From the NCBI GenBank assembly GCA_014191855.1, contig BJHF01000018.1, positions 3,990 to 67,989 on the forward strand: a stretch of DNA of 64,000 nt, given 5' to 3'. Of the stretch, positions 26,016 to 35,987 are shown piece after piece. Numbering within the stretch: the first letter of the stretch is position 1; every line of letters starts with the position of its first letter. The DNA comes from Deltaproteobacteria bacterium. GTDB lineage: Bacteria; Myxococcota_A; UBA796; SXON01. A program made the position numbers and the translations under genes. A model generated the notes under the pieces. The model did no database searches. It worked only from the letters and a program-made list of their open reading frames with translations, and was not told the origin of the DNA.

Positions 26016-27536
26016 CTACCGTTTCACCCGCACCACGTCTCCACCTCCGGCCCGGGCAATCTCCGTTTCCGTCGCGCCGAGCGCCACCAGCGCCGCGACG
26101 AGATCGCCGTGGAGCGGCGCCACCGCCCCGCCTGCGCGCTCGATGTGGACGAAGGGGCGCAGCAAGCCAGCCTTCTCGGCGAAGAACTTGGCCGTCTTGG
26201 GGTCCCGCCCGGCGATGCCGTGGCCGTTTCGTGCGAAGCCCGCTAGCGCCGGCACCAAGCCGCCGCTCAGCTCAATGCGCACGAGGGAGTGGGAAGCCAC
26301 CTTGGCGATGCGCTTGAAGCGGCCGCCGGGGATCTCACCGTTCGCCGGCGTTTCCCCAAGGATCAACGCGAGCACGCGGTCGGGGCGGCCGATGGCGCCC
26401 GAAGGATCGCTGCCCCAGGGCCCACGCGCCTGCCCGCCCGGCACTTTCCACTCGCGCACGGCCGGCCCTCGCTCCAAGGTAACGACCGTTTCAACCTCGG
26501 GGGTTTGCGGGAACAGGTCCACGGGCTGCACATTCACCACTCGCATGCCGTGCGCAGCGAGAATATCGAGGTCGCGGGCCAGGGTTTCGGGGCCACAGGA
26601 AACGTAAACCATGCGCTTCGCCAACGACGCGGCCTTGACGAGGACGCCGACATCGGAGCCCCGTCGAGCGGGGTTGAGCACCACCACGTCGAAGGGCTCG
26701 TCCACCTTCAGGTCCTCGACGCGCCGGGAGATCACCTCGACGTTTCGTGGGGCGACCTCGGCGGCCGAGCGCGCCGCTTGTGGGACCTCCTCCACCGCCA
26801 CCACCCGCTTGCGTCCCGGCGCGAGCATCAGCGCATAGGCGCCTACGCCGCTGTAGAGGTCGAGCACCGTTTGTGCATTCCCGACCGCAGTGAAGACCAG
26901 CTTGTGCAGCCGCTCCGCCTGTTTCGGGTCGACCTGGAAGAAGGCGCCCGGGTGGATGTGGTAGCGCGTGGCCCCAATCGTCTCCTCGATGATCTGCTTC
27001 CCATACACTACGGCGGGCGCGCTCCCCATGACGCGCTTCCGGTCCGGGTCGGCCTTGCTGAGCGCGATCGACTTGAGCGCGGGCAGGCGCTCCACGAGTG
27101 AAGCCAGCGCCTTCTTGCCGCCGCGAAGCTCGCCACCGACCACCGCAAGCACCAACTGTAGCTCTCCCGAATCCGAGGAGCGCCGGAGATCGATGCTGTG
27201 GACGTCCCGTTTTCCGACGAGCCAGGCTCGAACCACGGCCAGGGCCGCGCGGAGGCCCGGCTCCAAGACGATACACTCTGGTGTATCAAGGATGTGTTGC
27301 CCTTCGTGGTCGTAGAGGCCCACCGATACGCGGTCCTCCTCCACCTGCACCGGGAGCTTCAAGCGATGTCGATACCCCTCGGTGGTGGCGGAGCCGAGCA
27401 CGGAGGGGACCGCCGGGAGGTGTCCGTACCGCGAGAACGCCGCCGCGAGCCTCGCCTGTTTGCGTAGGAGCTGATCGGGATAGCTGAGCTCGGCGAGCGG
27501 GCATCCTGGGCATTTGGGTCGATAGGAACAGTGCAT
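26016..27536 (-). CDS. RlmD/TrmA family RNA (uracil-5)-methyltransferase with ~150-aa C-terminal extension
   Basis: Start MHCSYRPKCPGC ([4Fe-4S]), FFQVD, DLYSGVG, NPARRG, YVSCGPETLARD and DLFPQT. The track ORF upstream of 27536 is antisense shadow of the kinase. Confidence 0.88.
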   Translation of the reverse strand: MHCSYRPKCPGCPLAELSYPDQLLRKQARLAAAFSRYGHLPAVPSVLGSATTEGYRHRLKLPVQVEEDRVSVGLYDHEGQHILDTPECIVLEPGLRAALAVVRAWLVGKRDVHSIDLRRSSDSGELQLVLAVVGGELRGGKKALASLVERLPALKSIALSKADPDRKRVMGSAPAVVYGKQIIEETIGATRYHIHPGAFFQVDPKQAERLHKLVFTAVGNAQTVLDLYSGVGAYALMLAPGRKRVVAVEEVPQAARSAAEVAPRNVEVISRRVEDLKVDEPFDVVVLNPARRGSDVGVLVKAASLAKRMVYVSCGPETLARDLDILAAHGMRVVNVQPVDLFPQTPEVETVVTLERGPAVREWKVPGGQARGPWGSDPSGAIGRPDRVLALILGETPANGEIPGGRFKRIAKVASHSLVRIELSGGLVPALAGFARNGHGIAGRDPKTAKFFAEKAGLLRPFVHIERAGGAVAPLHGDLVAALVALGATETEIARAGGGDVVRVKR

Positions 27537-27662
27537 CGGCGCCCACGTAGCCGGTGCGCGGGCTACAAGGCGCGGGCGAGGTGGTAGTGTGATGCGTCGG
27601 GAACCGGAACGCCAAGGCGGCGGCGCCTGTATCCCCGCCTCCACCGCCGGGTCGCGTCGCCC

Positions 27663-30600
27663 TTGATCGCGATCCCGCTCGGCCCGTTTCGCCTGTCCGG
27701 CCGGATCGATCAGGGGGGCATGGGGCAGGTGTGGCACGCGGTGCACGCGGCGACCGGGCTCCCCGTCGCGATCAAGCTGATTCGGGACGACAAGCCGGAG
27801 CTGGCGGAGCCGTTTCTGGACGAGGTGCGCGCCGTGGCCCGGCTCGACCACCCCAACGTGATCACCGTGCTGGATTGTGGCCGGATCGACGCGGCCACCC
27901 ACACCACCTCGCAGGGGCGGCTCCCCCTCGGGAGCCCGTGGATGGCGATGGAGTATTGTTCGGGCGGCACGTTGGGCGCCGCCCCGCCGACGGACTGGGC
28001 CGGACTGCGCGCGGTGCTCACCGAATTGCTCGCCGCCCTCGCCTACTCGCACGCCCGCGGCGTGCTTCACCGCGATCTCTCGCCGGACAACGTACTGATC
28101 GCTACCGATAGCGACGTGCGGCCCGGCATGAAGCTCACCGATTTCGGGCTCAGCACGCCGCTGTCGCGCGCCGAGCCCGGGGTGATCATCGGCACACCAG
28201 CCTACATCGCGCCGGAGCAGCTCCGGTCTGAGCTGGGGGGCGAAGGCCCGTGGACCGACTTGTATCAGTTTGGATGTGTCGCCTGGGCGCTCGCGGCGGG
28301 CGCGCCGCCCTTCGGGAAGGACCGCCCGGCTGCGGTGCTCGCGTTGGCCCATCTTGAGGTTGATCCTCCGAGCTTCCGGCCGAACTTCCCGGTGGCCGAG
28401 GGGTTCGAGGCGTGGCTGCGCACGCTGCTGGTGAAGGACCCGAAGCGACGCATCCAACACGCCGCCGATGCATCAAGCACGCTGCTGTCGTTGGACGGGA
28501 GCCGCGCGCCGGGCGTGGGCGTGCCTGTGAGCTGGCAGACGCCGGAGCCGGCGCGAATGCCGGCGCGCATGGTCGGTGCCGGCTTGGGCATCCACACGCT
28601 GCGGCCGGCACCGCTCGTCGGGCGACGCGCGGAGCGCGATCGCCTGTGGAGCGCGCTGCGCGAGGTGAACGCCGCGTGGGCGCCCCGCGCTGTGCTGCTC
28701 CACGGCCCGGCCGGTGTCGGAAAAACCCGCCTCGCCCGCTGGATCGGGGCGCGGGCGCACGAGTTGGGCGCCGCCCACCTGCTCCACCTCAACGGGTACG
28801 AAGGCACCGATGGTTTCGCTTCGATGATCGCGAGCCACGAGGGCGTTGCGCCGGAGCCCCTGCCCGACGCGCCGGACGCGCCGCCCGCGGGGGGGCTGGC
28901 GTCGCTCGCGGCGACGCCGCGGGTGAAGCGCGTTCGCCGCTTCATCGAGGGCCTCGGGACGGGTCGCCCCATCGTGTTGGTGCTGGACGACGTTCACGCC
29001 TCCATGGACGCGCTTGCGCTGGCCTGGGCGCTCACCGCCGACCCTTCCGCCTTGCCGGTGCTTCTGGTGCTCACCGCGCGCGCCGAGGGGCTCGCGACGG
29101 CGCCCGCCGAAGCCCAGGCGCTGGCCGCGCTGGTTGCCCAAGCCGAAGTGCTCAGGTTGGAGCTGGCCCCCCTGCTCCCCGCCGAGGAGCAGGAGCTGCT
29201 CCGCGCGGGGATGGGGCTCTCTCCCCCGCTCGCGCATCGCCTCGCCCAGGTGACGAGCGGAAATCCCAGCATGATGGTGGAGATCCTCAACGAGCTCATC
29301 GCCCGCGGCGGGCTGCGCCCCGACCCGACGGGGTTCGACGCGCCTCCCGCCGTGCCGCTGGACTTGCCGGAGTCCGTGCTGGCCCCGTGGAGCGAGCGGC
29401 TCGCCCGGTTCTTCGAGCGGTTTCCGCAACCGGTGGCGGCCCGCGAGAGCGTCGAGGCAGCGGCGGTGCTGGGGGAGCGGGTGGACGAAGCGGAGTGGGC
29501 GGCGCTCTGCACGGCGCTGCGCCTCTCGCCCCCGCCCGGCGTGGTGGAGGGGCTCGTGCGCGAGCGGTTGGTTTCCCCCGTGGATGCGCCTGGCGATAGC
29601 ATCGTGTGGAGCTTCGCCCACGGGATGATTCGAGAGGCGGTGCTGCGTGGAGCACGTGAAGAGGGGCGGCTCACTCGCCTTCACCATGAAGCGGCCACCC
29701 TGCTCGCCGCCGAGGTGGACGTGGAGCCCATGCGGCTCGCGGCGCACCAGCTCGCCGCGGGTTCGGCCTCGGCCGCGCTGGATACCACGCTCGTGGGGAT
29801 CGCCGACCACGCCGAATATCGCCGCTGGGCGGAGGTGCTCGGTGGCGTGGCTCAGGCTTCCGCTGCGCTCGCGGCGCTACCCAGCTCCGTTCAGGATGAA
29901 CGCCGCTTGTTCGTGGATGTGTGGCGAGCGCAGGCGGTCCTGGGCGGCGCCAGCGGGGTGGACGGGGTGGACGCGACCGCGCTCGCGGCCCGTGGGCTCG
30001 ATCGGGCCATTGACGAATCGCGAGACCGGGGGTGGCCCGAAACGCTGGCCGCCGCGCTGATCGTGCGTGCGGACGTGCACCGCTTCGCGGGCGAGGGCGC
30101 CGCCGAGGCACAGCGGCTCACGGAGGCTCGAGTGGCCGCCTGGGGCGTGGGCGATGCCCGCCTTCGCGCTACCATCGACTTGCGCCTCGCGCGGATCGCG
30201 CTGCGAAAACGGGATGTCGAGGGCGCCGCTGGGCGGCTCGCCGAGGCCCGTGGCGGGTTCTCCAGCGCAGACGATGACTACCTCGCCGCCGAGCTCTCGC
30301 TGGCCGAGGCCGAACTTGCGCTCTTGACCGGGGATACCCCCTCCGCCACCCGCCTCGCCCGTGAGGTGCTCTCCTGCGTCGGAGGAAGCCGTACGGGGGC
30401 CGCTGCCGCGCTGCACGTGCTGGCCTGCGTGGAGCGGCGCCTCAGCCGGTTGGACGCCGCCGTGGCGGGGTATCGCCGTGCGCTGGAGGTGTACGAGGAG
30501 CTGGGCGACGCGGAGGTGGTGACGGTGATCGCCCACCTCGTGATGGTGCTCCTCGATCGCCAACGCTTGGACGATGCGGCGCTCTTGCTGGCGGCCGGGC

Positions 30601-30875
30601 GTCGTGAGGCTGATCGCTTCGGCGCGCTGGGGCATCGCGCGGTCCTGGACGCCCTCTCGATTGAACCCGCGGCACGACGTGGAGAGATCGTCGACGTGGA
30701 GGTCGCGCTGGTCAGCGCAAAGCGGCTCGTCACCTGGGGTTATCGCGACCCTTCGCTGGCGGCGGCGCTGAGCCGCGCCGGGGTGGGGCTGGCCGGGCGC
30801 GGCCACATCGGGCCCGCGCGTGAAGTGCTCACCCTCTCGCGGGCGCTTGAAGACGCCCCGGCGCCGTCGTCGTAA
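27663..30875 (+). CDS. Ser/Thr protein kinase fused to P-loop NTPase and TPR-like repeats (STAND-like)
   Basis: GGMGQVW, VAIK, HRDLSPDN, DFG and GTPAYIAPE kinase motifs; GPAGVGKT Walker A; LVLDDVH Walker B; helical C-terminus. Confidence 0.9.
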   Translation: MIAIPLGPFRLSGRIDQGGMGQVWHAVHAATGLPVAIKLIRDDKPELAEPFLDEVRAVARLDHPNVITVLDCGRIDAATHTTSQGRLPLGSPWMAMEYCSGGTLGAAPPTDWAGLRAVLTELLAALAYSHARGVLHRDLSPDNVLIATDSDVRPGMKLTDFGLSTPLSRAEPGVIIGTPAYIAPEQLRSELGGEGPWTDLYQFGCVAWALAAGAPPFGKDRPAAVLALAHLEVDPPSFRPNFPVAEGFEAWLRTLLVKDPKRRIQHAADASSTLLSLDGSRAPGVGVPVSWQTPEPARMPARMVGAGLGIHTLRPAPLVGRRAERDRLWSALREVNAAWAPRAVLLHGPAGVGKTRLARWIGARAHELGAAHLLHLNGYEGTDGFASMIASHEGVAPEPLPDAPDAPPAGGLASLAATPRVKRVRRFIEGLGTGRPIVLVLDDVHASMDALALAWALTADPSALPVLLVLTARAEGLATAPAEAQALAALVAQAEVLRLELAPLLPAEEQELLRAGMGLSPPLAHRLAQVTSGNPSMMVEILNELIARGGLRPDPTGFDAPPAVPLDLPESVLAPWSERLARFFERFPQPVAARESVEAAAVLGERVDEAEWAALCTALRLSPPPGVVEGLVRERLVSPVDAPGDSIVWSFAHGMIREAVLRGAREEGRLTRLHHEAATLLAAEVDVEPMRLAAHQLAAGSASAALDTTLVGIADHAEYRRWAEVLGGVAQASAALAALPSSVQDERRLFVDVWRAQAVLGGASGVDGVDATALAARGLDRAIDESRDRGWPETLAAALIVRADVHRFAGEGAAEAQRLTEARVAAWGVGDARLRATIDLRLARIALRKRDVEGAAGRLAEARGGFSSADDDYLAAELSLAEAELALLTGDTPSATRLAREVLSCVGGSRTGAAAALHVLACVERRLSRLDAAVAGYRRALEVYEELGDAEVVTVIAHLVMVLLDRQRLDDAALLLAAGRREADRFGALGHRAVLDALSIEPAARRGEIVDVEVALVSAKRLVTWGYRDPSLAAALSRAGVGLAGRGHIGPAREVLTLSRALEDAPAPSS

Positions 30876-31031
30876 GATACCGCGTGTGGCGGACGCCCGC
30901 GCGGGGGCAAGTTTGCGGCGAGCAATTCTGTCTGGGCGATCCCAACGGGCCCGGTCCCGGGTCCAACGGGCGTCGCCTGGGATCGCGGCGCCGCTGGGGA
31001 GCGGCTTGAGGTCGATCCAGGAGCCAAGCAA

Positions 31032-31261
31032 AATGTGTCGCGATACATTCTCACAAAGCCGTGGGGGCCAGCTCGCCCAGGACGATGCGAGAGTCGCCCC
31101 GGGCGATGTGAGAGTCAACCCCTTGGTTATAAGAGGAAATCGGGTCCGATTCTCTCGCAACGCATGGGGCGAGGCCGTCGCCGCCAACGATCTGAGAAAA
31201 TCCGCGTAAACACTTTCTCATTACGGGCAGAGGGGCCAGCCGCTCCGGCTGATGTGAGAAT
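31032..31261. promoter_or_regulatory. Candidate operator region upstream of uvrC
   Basis: 18-bp near-perfect palindrome AATGTGTCGCGATACATT (31032-31049) plus several TG(T/C)GAGA-like boxes in both orientations within an AT-richer intergenic gap. Confidence 0.45.
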
Positions 31262-31314
31262 CACGCAGCGCGGTCGGTATCTCCGCACGTCCATCCTTGA
31301 TACGCGCCCCCCGG

Positions 31315-33153
31315 ATGGACCTCCAAGACCAGGCCGACACGCTCCCGACCACGCCCGGCGTGTACCTGTTCAAGGATGTGGATGGCGAGGTGCTCTACGT
31401 CGGGAAGGCGACGAACCTGCGTAGCCGGGTGAGGCAATATCTCAGCGGTCACGACGAGCGCTTCATGGTGCGCTACCTCGTGGCCGCGGCACGGCGGATC
31501 GAGGTGGTGCCGGTGGGCAGCGAGAAGGAGGCGCTGCTCCTGGAGAACTCGCTCATCAAACAGCACATGCCGCGCTACAACGTAAAGCTGCGGGACGACA
31601 AGGCCTTCTTGCGGATCCGCCTCGACTCCCGGCAGAAGTGGGCGCGGCTCACGACGAGCCGGCGGCCGAAGCCCGACGGCGCGCGGTACTTCGGCCCGTA
31701 CCCTTCCGCCACGAGTGCGCGCCGAACCCTCGCGTTCATCCAGCGTCATTTTCGCTTGCGGACCTGTACCGACCGTGTGCTCAACAGCCGCAGCCGCCCG
31801 TGCCTGCTCCACCAGATGAACCGATGTGTCGCCCCATGTGTCGGTCTGGTATCCGAAGCCGCCTACGCCGAGATCGTGGAGGACGCCGCGCTTGCATTGG
31901 CGGGGAAGAACCGCGAGCTGGTGCCGCGGCTTCGGGAGCGGATGGGCGCGCTCGCGGAGGCCGAGGACTACGAGGGCGCCGCGCGCATGCGCGACGTGAT
32001 TCAGGCGCTATCGGCGGCCACGCAGAAGCAGGTCGTGGCCGACAGCGCCGTTGATACACGTGATACATGGGGACTGTATCGCGAGGCGGATCGTGGCGTT
32101 GTTGCCTGCCTTCCCACACGCGGCGGGCAGGTGCTGGAGCCGCGGGCGTTCCCGTTCGAGGGCGAGATCGGCGACGACGGCGAGCTCCTTTCGGCGGTGC
32201 TGAACAGCTACTACGAGGCGGATGGCGACATCCCGGGGGAGGTGCTCCTGCCCGTGGCGTTGCCGGACGCGGAGGCGCTGGCCGAGGTTTTGCGCGAGCG
32301 TCGCGGTGGGAAGGTGCGCCTGGTGGAGCCGCGTCGGGGCGACGGCGCGGAGCTGCTCACGATCATCACCAACGCGGCCCGAAGCCGGTTTCTCACCACG
32401 CACTCCGAGGCCGACCGCATCGCCAAAGCGCTGGCGGGCCTCGCAGAGATCGTCGGCCTCGATACCCCCCCGTGGCGGATCGAGTGCTACGACAACAGCA
32501 ATCTGCTCGGCGAGGAGCCGGTGGCGAGCCAGGTGGTGTTCGTGGACGGTCGCCCCGCGAAGAAGGAGTACCGTCGCTACCACGTAAAAACCGTGGGCCA
32601 GGCCGACGACTACGCCACGATGCGGGAGATCCTCGGCCGGCGGCTCCGACGCGCGGCCGAAGAGAGTGAGTTCCCCGACCTGATCGTCGTCGATGGTGGG
32701 CGCGGGCAGCTCTCGGCGGCGCTCGACGTGCTCCGCGAGCTGGGTCTGGAAGACCAGGCGGTGATCGGCCTCTCGAAACCGCGCACGGAGCACGCCCGCG
32801 GCGACCGGGACGCCACCGACAAGATCATCCTCCCCGGTCGCGACGAGCCCATCCTGCTGCGCCCGGACAACCCCACCCTACGGCTGCTCCAACACATCCG
32901 CGACGAAGCACACCGTTTCGCGATTGGCTTTCACCGGGATGTTCGTTCCAAAGCCCGGCTCACCAGCCAGTTGGACGAGATTGCCGGGATCGGCAAGGCC
33001 CGCCGCGTGCGTCTGCTCAAACACTTCGGCTCCTTCTCCGGGCTTCAGGCCGCGAGCGTGGAGCAGATCGCGACGGTGGAAGGCTTCGGCCCAACGATCG
33101 CGGCGCGCGTGTATTCGGCGCTCCATCCGCCCCGGGATACCTCCCCCGCGTGA
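31315..33153 (+). CDS. uvrC: Excinuclease ABC subunit C
   Basis: PGVYLFKD...YVGKA..LRSRVRQY GIY-YIG domain, IECYDNS, DGGRGQL, RDEAHRFA and C-terminal HhH motifs. Confidence 0.96.
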   Translation: MDLQDQADTLPTTPGVYLFKDVDGEVLYVGKATNLRSRVRQYLSGHDERFMVRYLVAAARRIEVVPVGSEKEALLLENSLIKQHMPRYNVKLRDDKAFLRIRLDSRQKWARLTTSRRPKPDGARYFGPYPSATSARRTLAFIQRHFRLRTCTDRVLNSRSRPCLLHQMNRCVAPCVGLVSEAAYAEIVEDAALALAGKNRELVPRLRERMGALAEAEDYEGAARMRDVIQALSAATQKQVVADSAVDTRDTWGLYREADRGVVACLPTRGGQVLEPRAFPFEGEIGDDGELLSAVLNSYYEADGDIPGEVLLPVALPDAEALAEVLRERRGGKVRLVEPRRGDGAELLTIITNAARSRFLTTHSEADRIAKALAGLAEIVGLDTPPWRIECYDNSNLLGEEPVASQVVFVDGRPAKKEYRRYHVKTVGQADDYATMREILGRRLRRAAEESEFPDLIVVDGGRGQLSAALDVLRELGLEDQAVIGLSKPRTEHARGDRDATDKIILPGRDEPILLRPDNPTLRLLQHIRDEAHRFAIGFHRDVRSKARLTSQLDEIAGIGKARRVRLLKHFGSFSGLQAASVEQIATVEGFGPTIAARVYSALHPPRDTSPA

Positions 33154-33491
33154 AACCAAACCTCCTCGCCCTCGCCGCCCTGAGCCTCTCCACCGGCTGC
33201 CTCTTCGGCGACTCCGACAACGGGCAGTATGTGTACCAGTCCTACTGCCAGTCCTGCCACGGCGTCGACGGATCCGGCGGGATCGACGTCGGGATCGGGC
33301 CGGACACGGGCTACTACGCCACGGGTGGCAGCGGCTTCTCCGCGAACCTCAAGGTGCGGGTTCCCCAGCTCACGGACGAAGCGATCCTCAAGGTGCTGAG
33401 GGATGGCTACAAGGGCATGCCCAGCCAGTTCAGCGAAGACGACGACCAGGCGCTCGATGTGCTCTCCTACATGCGCGACACGTTCGAGTAG
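33150..33491 (+). CDS. Monoheme cytochrome c lipoprotein
   Basis: Lipobox LSTGC, CQSCH heme motif, distal GMP Met ligand. Confidence 0.88.
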   Translation: MKPNLLALAALSLSTGCLFGDSDNGQYVYQSYCQSCHGVDGSGGIDVGIGPDTGYYATGGSGFSANLKVRVPQLTDEAILKVLRDGYKGMPSQFSEDDDQALDVLSYMRDTFE

Positions 33492-33533
33492 CTGCGGGTA
33501 GCGATCAACTCGCGGATCGAGTAGCCTCAACAA

Positions 33534-35174
33534 ATGCCCGACCTCGCCCACGAGCCCGTCAAGAAGACCGAAACGCCGGCCCCGGACACGTCGGTCGCGC
33601 AGCCCGATCTGCAGCCCCGCGGAAACGACGCCGCGAAGGATCAGGTAGCGGCTGGCGGCGCAGACACCGGACTCGCCAACTACGAGAGCGCCCTCGGTGA
33701 ATTCCTGGGGAAGAAGCTGTATGGCGCTGTGTCCGGCGTCCTGACATACGACAAGCTCCACGGCCAGGCCAAAGGCGCAGTCACGTCCGCCCTCGGCGCC
33801 TTGGCCGACTCGCTGGGCAAGATCGACAACGTGGACGCGGACCCGAAGGCGCTCGACAATCTCGGTGTCATGCTCGACGCGGCGGCGGCACCCGCGGTCG
33901 AGAAGCTGCTTGAAAAGTACGGACCCGAGCTCACCGGCAAGCTCGCCAAGTGGACCGGCGCCCACCCCAAGACCGTGCTCACCGTCGCCCTGCTCGCGGC
34001 GGCCGGCGCGGTGATCGCGAACGCCCCCATCCCCGAGCTCGCGAAGCAGTTCAAGCTGGGCAAAAGCATCACCGTGGATGTGGAGGCCAAGCTCGGACGA
34101 CTGCGCCAGCTCGCGCTCGAGAAGCTCAAGGCGAAGGTGTCCTACGCGGCGGGCCCGCTCCTCGCCTCCATCGAGGCCGACAACGACGGGAACGTCGCGG
34201 GAACCGTCACCGCCGGCACCGACGACAAGAAGATCGCTTTGGACGCGAAGTTCGACGGCAAGGGGCTCAAGGTCGTGGGCCTCGATGGCGTGCTCAAGCC
34301 CGACGAGAACACCACCATCCTCGGCAACATCAAGCAGAAGCGCGACGAGAAGCTGATCGGCAGCCTGTCCCTCACCCACAAGGACGGCAGCATCACCACC
34401 ACGAATGACTTCAAGTACGACGCCAACACCGGAATCCTCGGCATCGGTCGCACCTCACTGTTCGAAGACTCGCAGTACAAGCTGCAGTCCAACGTGAACG
34501 GGAACAGCGATGGCACCGGCAGCGCTGGGATGCGCGTGGAGACCAAGGAGGGGCCGCTCACGGGGTACGGTGGCGTGAGCCACGAGACCACGAAGGGCGC
34601 CTATGGCCTGCAAGAGAGCGACAAGCTCCAGATGGGCCTGGCCTTCAAGCGGTCGGACCTCACGGCGAAGCTGGATGCGCAGCTCAGCACCCTGGCCGGC
34701 GACAGCAAGCTGAGCGGCTCCGTGGACAAGAAGTGGGGCAACAACCACGCCGGCGCGAGCTTCTCGGCGGTGCTGGACAATCCCAAGCTGCTCGAAGTCG
34801 GCGCGTTCTACGGGTTCAAGGATCCGAACGAGTTCAAGTCCTTCCTCGTCGAATACAAACACAAGGGCAGCACCAGCGAGAACGCGCTCTCGATGGTGGT
34901 AGAAAACACCCTGTCGGACGTTCGCTTGCGTTGGCAACAGAACCTCACCTGGGGCGGCGACAGCGATACGAAGCTCAACACCAAGTTCCACGCGGCGAAG
35001 TTCCTGAACAAGGACACGGCGCTGCTCGGAGGGGCCGAGCACGAGTACAACTTCTCGACCGGGAAGAGCAACATCATCCCGCAGATCGGCGTCCAATACA
35101 AGGGACTGCCGGTGCTGGTCGGGTATGATCAGGAGCGCAAGGCCGTGAAGATCGGGATTACGATTCCGTTCTGA
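33534..35174 (+). CDS. Hypothetical 546-aa protein: helical N-terminal half, beta-strand-rich C-terminal half ending in Phe
   Basis: Strong C/G-ending codon bias supports real coding. No recognisable family motif and no signal peptide. Confidence 0.82.
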   Translation: MPDLAHEPVKKTETPAPDTSVAQPDLQPRGNDAAKDQVAAGGADTGLANYESALGEFLGKKLYGAVSGVLTYDKLHGQAKGAVTSALGALADSLGKIDNVDADPKALDNLGVMLDAAAAPAVEKLLEKYGPELTGKLAKWTGAHPKTVLTVALLAAAGAVIANAPIPELAKQFKLGKSITVDVEAKLGRLRQLALEKLKAKVSYAAGPLLASIEADNDGNVAGTVTAGTDDKKIALDAKFDGKGLKVVGLDGVLKPDENTTILGNIKQKRDEKLIGSLSLTHKDGSITTTNDFKYDANTGILGIGRTSLFEDSQYKLQSNVNGNSDGTGSAGMRVETKEGPLTGYGGVSHETTKGAYGLQESDKLQMGLAFKRSDLTAKLDAQLSTLAGDSKLSGSVDKKWGNNHAGASFSAVLDNPKLLEVGAFYGFKDPNEFKSFLVEYKHKGSTSENALSMVVENTLSDVRLRWQQNLTWGGDSDTKLNTKFHAAKFLNKDTALLGGAEHEYNFSTGKSNIIPQIGVQYKGLPVLVGYDQERKAVKIGITIPF

Positions 35175-35177
35175 GCG

Positions 35178-35987
35178 CTACAGCGACGTAAGCCACCGAC
35201 GCACAATGTTCCCCGCGACCTGACGCCGGTAAACGGCCGTGGACCGGATGTCGTCGATCGGCGCGATCTCCTCGCGAACGAGCTGCACGACGTCGTCCAC
35301 CGCGGCGCCGGCGACCAACGCGGTCTCGGCCTTCAAGCAGCGCATCGGCGTGGGTCCTACGGCGCCGAAGGCGAGGCAGGCATCGACGCCTGGGTTGTAG
35401 CGGCCCGCGAACACCACCTTGGAGATGGACTGCGCGAGACGCGTGCCCACCTTGCGGAAGTGCGTGTGCCCGAAGAGCGGCGGGATCAAGATCCCGAGGA
35501 ACAGCTCGTCCGGACGCAAGTCGATCTTCTTGTACCCTTGCCAGAACGAAGCGGCGGGGATGCGGCGACGTCCCCGAACGCTGGCCACCTCGAACTCCGC
35601 CTTCAAGGCCAACCAAACCGGGAGCGTGTCCCCCGCCGGGGATGCGTTGCAGATATTGCCGCCCAACGTGGCCCGGTTCTGGATCTGCACCGCGCCTACC
35701 GTTGCGGCGGCGGCTTCCAGCAGCGGGTGGCTCTGCCCGGAGCGCAACACATCGGTGCAGGTGAGGCCGGCGCCGTGAAACTGCCCGCCGGTGATGCTCT
35801 GCTGCCAACGCAAGCCGGAGCATCCCCAGAGATCGAGGATCGCGGTGGGCTTCAGGGTGCCGCTCTCGATGTACACCATCACGTCGGTGCCACCGGCCAT
35901 CACCGTGGCGCCCGGCTGCTCCGCGCGCATCTTCAGCGCATCGTTGAGGGTGCGAGGGCGGAACAGGGCGGTGACGGGGGCCGACAT
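35178..35987 (-). CDS. FAD-binding subunit, xanthine dehydrogenase family
   Basis: AGGTDV, QIQNRATLGGNICNASPAGD and RKVGTR motifs; no Fe-S insertion; ATG coupled to the upstream TGA. Confidence 0.9.
   Translation of the reverse strand: MSAPVTALFRPRTLNDALKMRAEQPGATVMAGGTDVMVYIESGTLKPTAILDLWGCSGLRWQQSITGGQFHGAGLTCTDVLRSGQSHPLLEAAAATVGAVQIQNRATLGGNICNASPAGDTLPVWLALKAEFEVASVRGRRRIPAASFWQGYKKIDLRPDELFLGILIPPLFGHTHFRKVGTRLAQSISKVVFAGRYNPGVDACLAFGAVGPTPMRCLKAETALVAGAAVDDVVQLVREEIAPIDDIRSTAVYRRQVAGNIVRRWLTSL

Noticed and set aside
27537-28460. N-terminal 300-aa extension of the 814-aa track ORF
   Set aside because: It is antisense to the kinase gene. The methyltransferase begins at MHCSY (27536).
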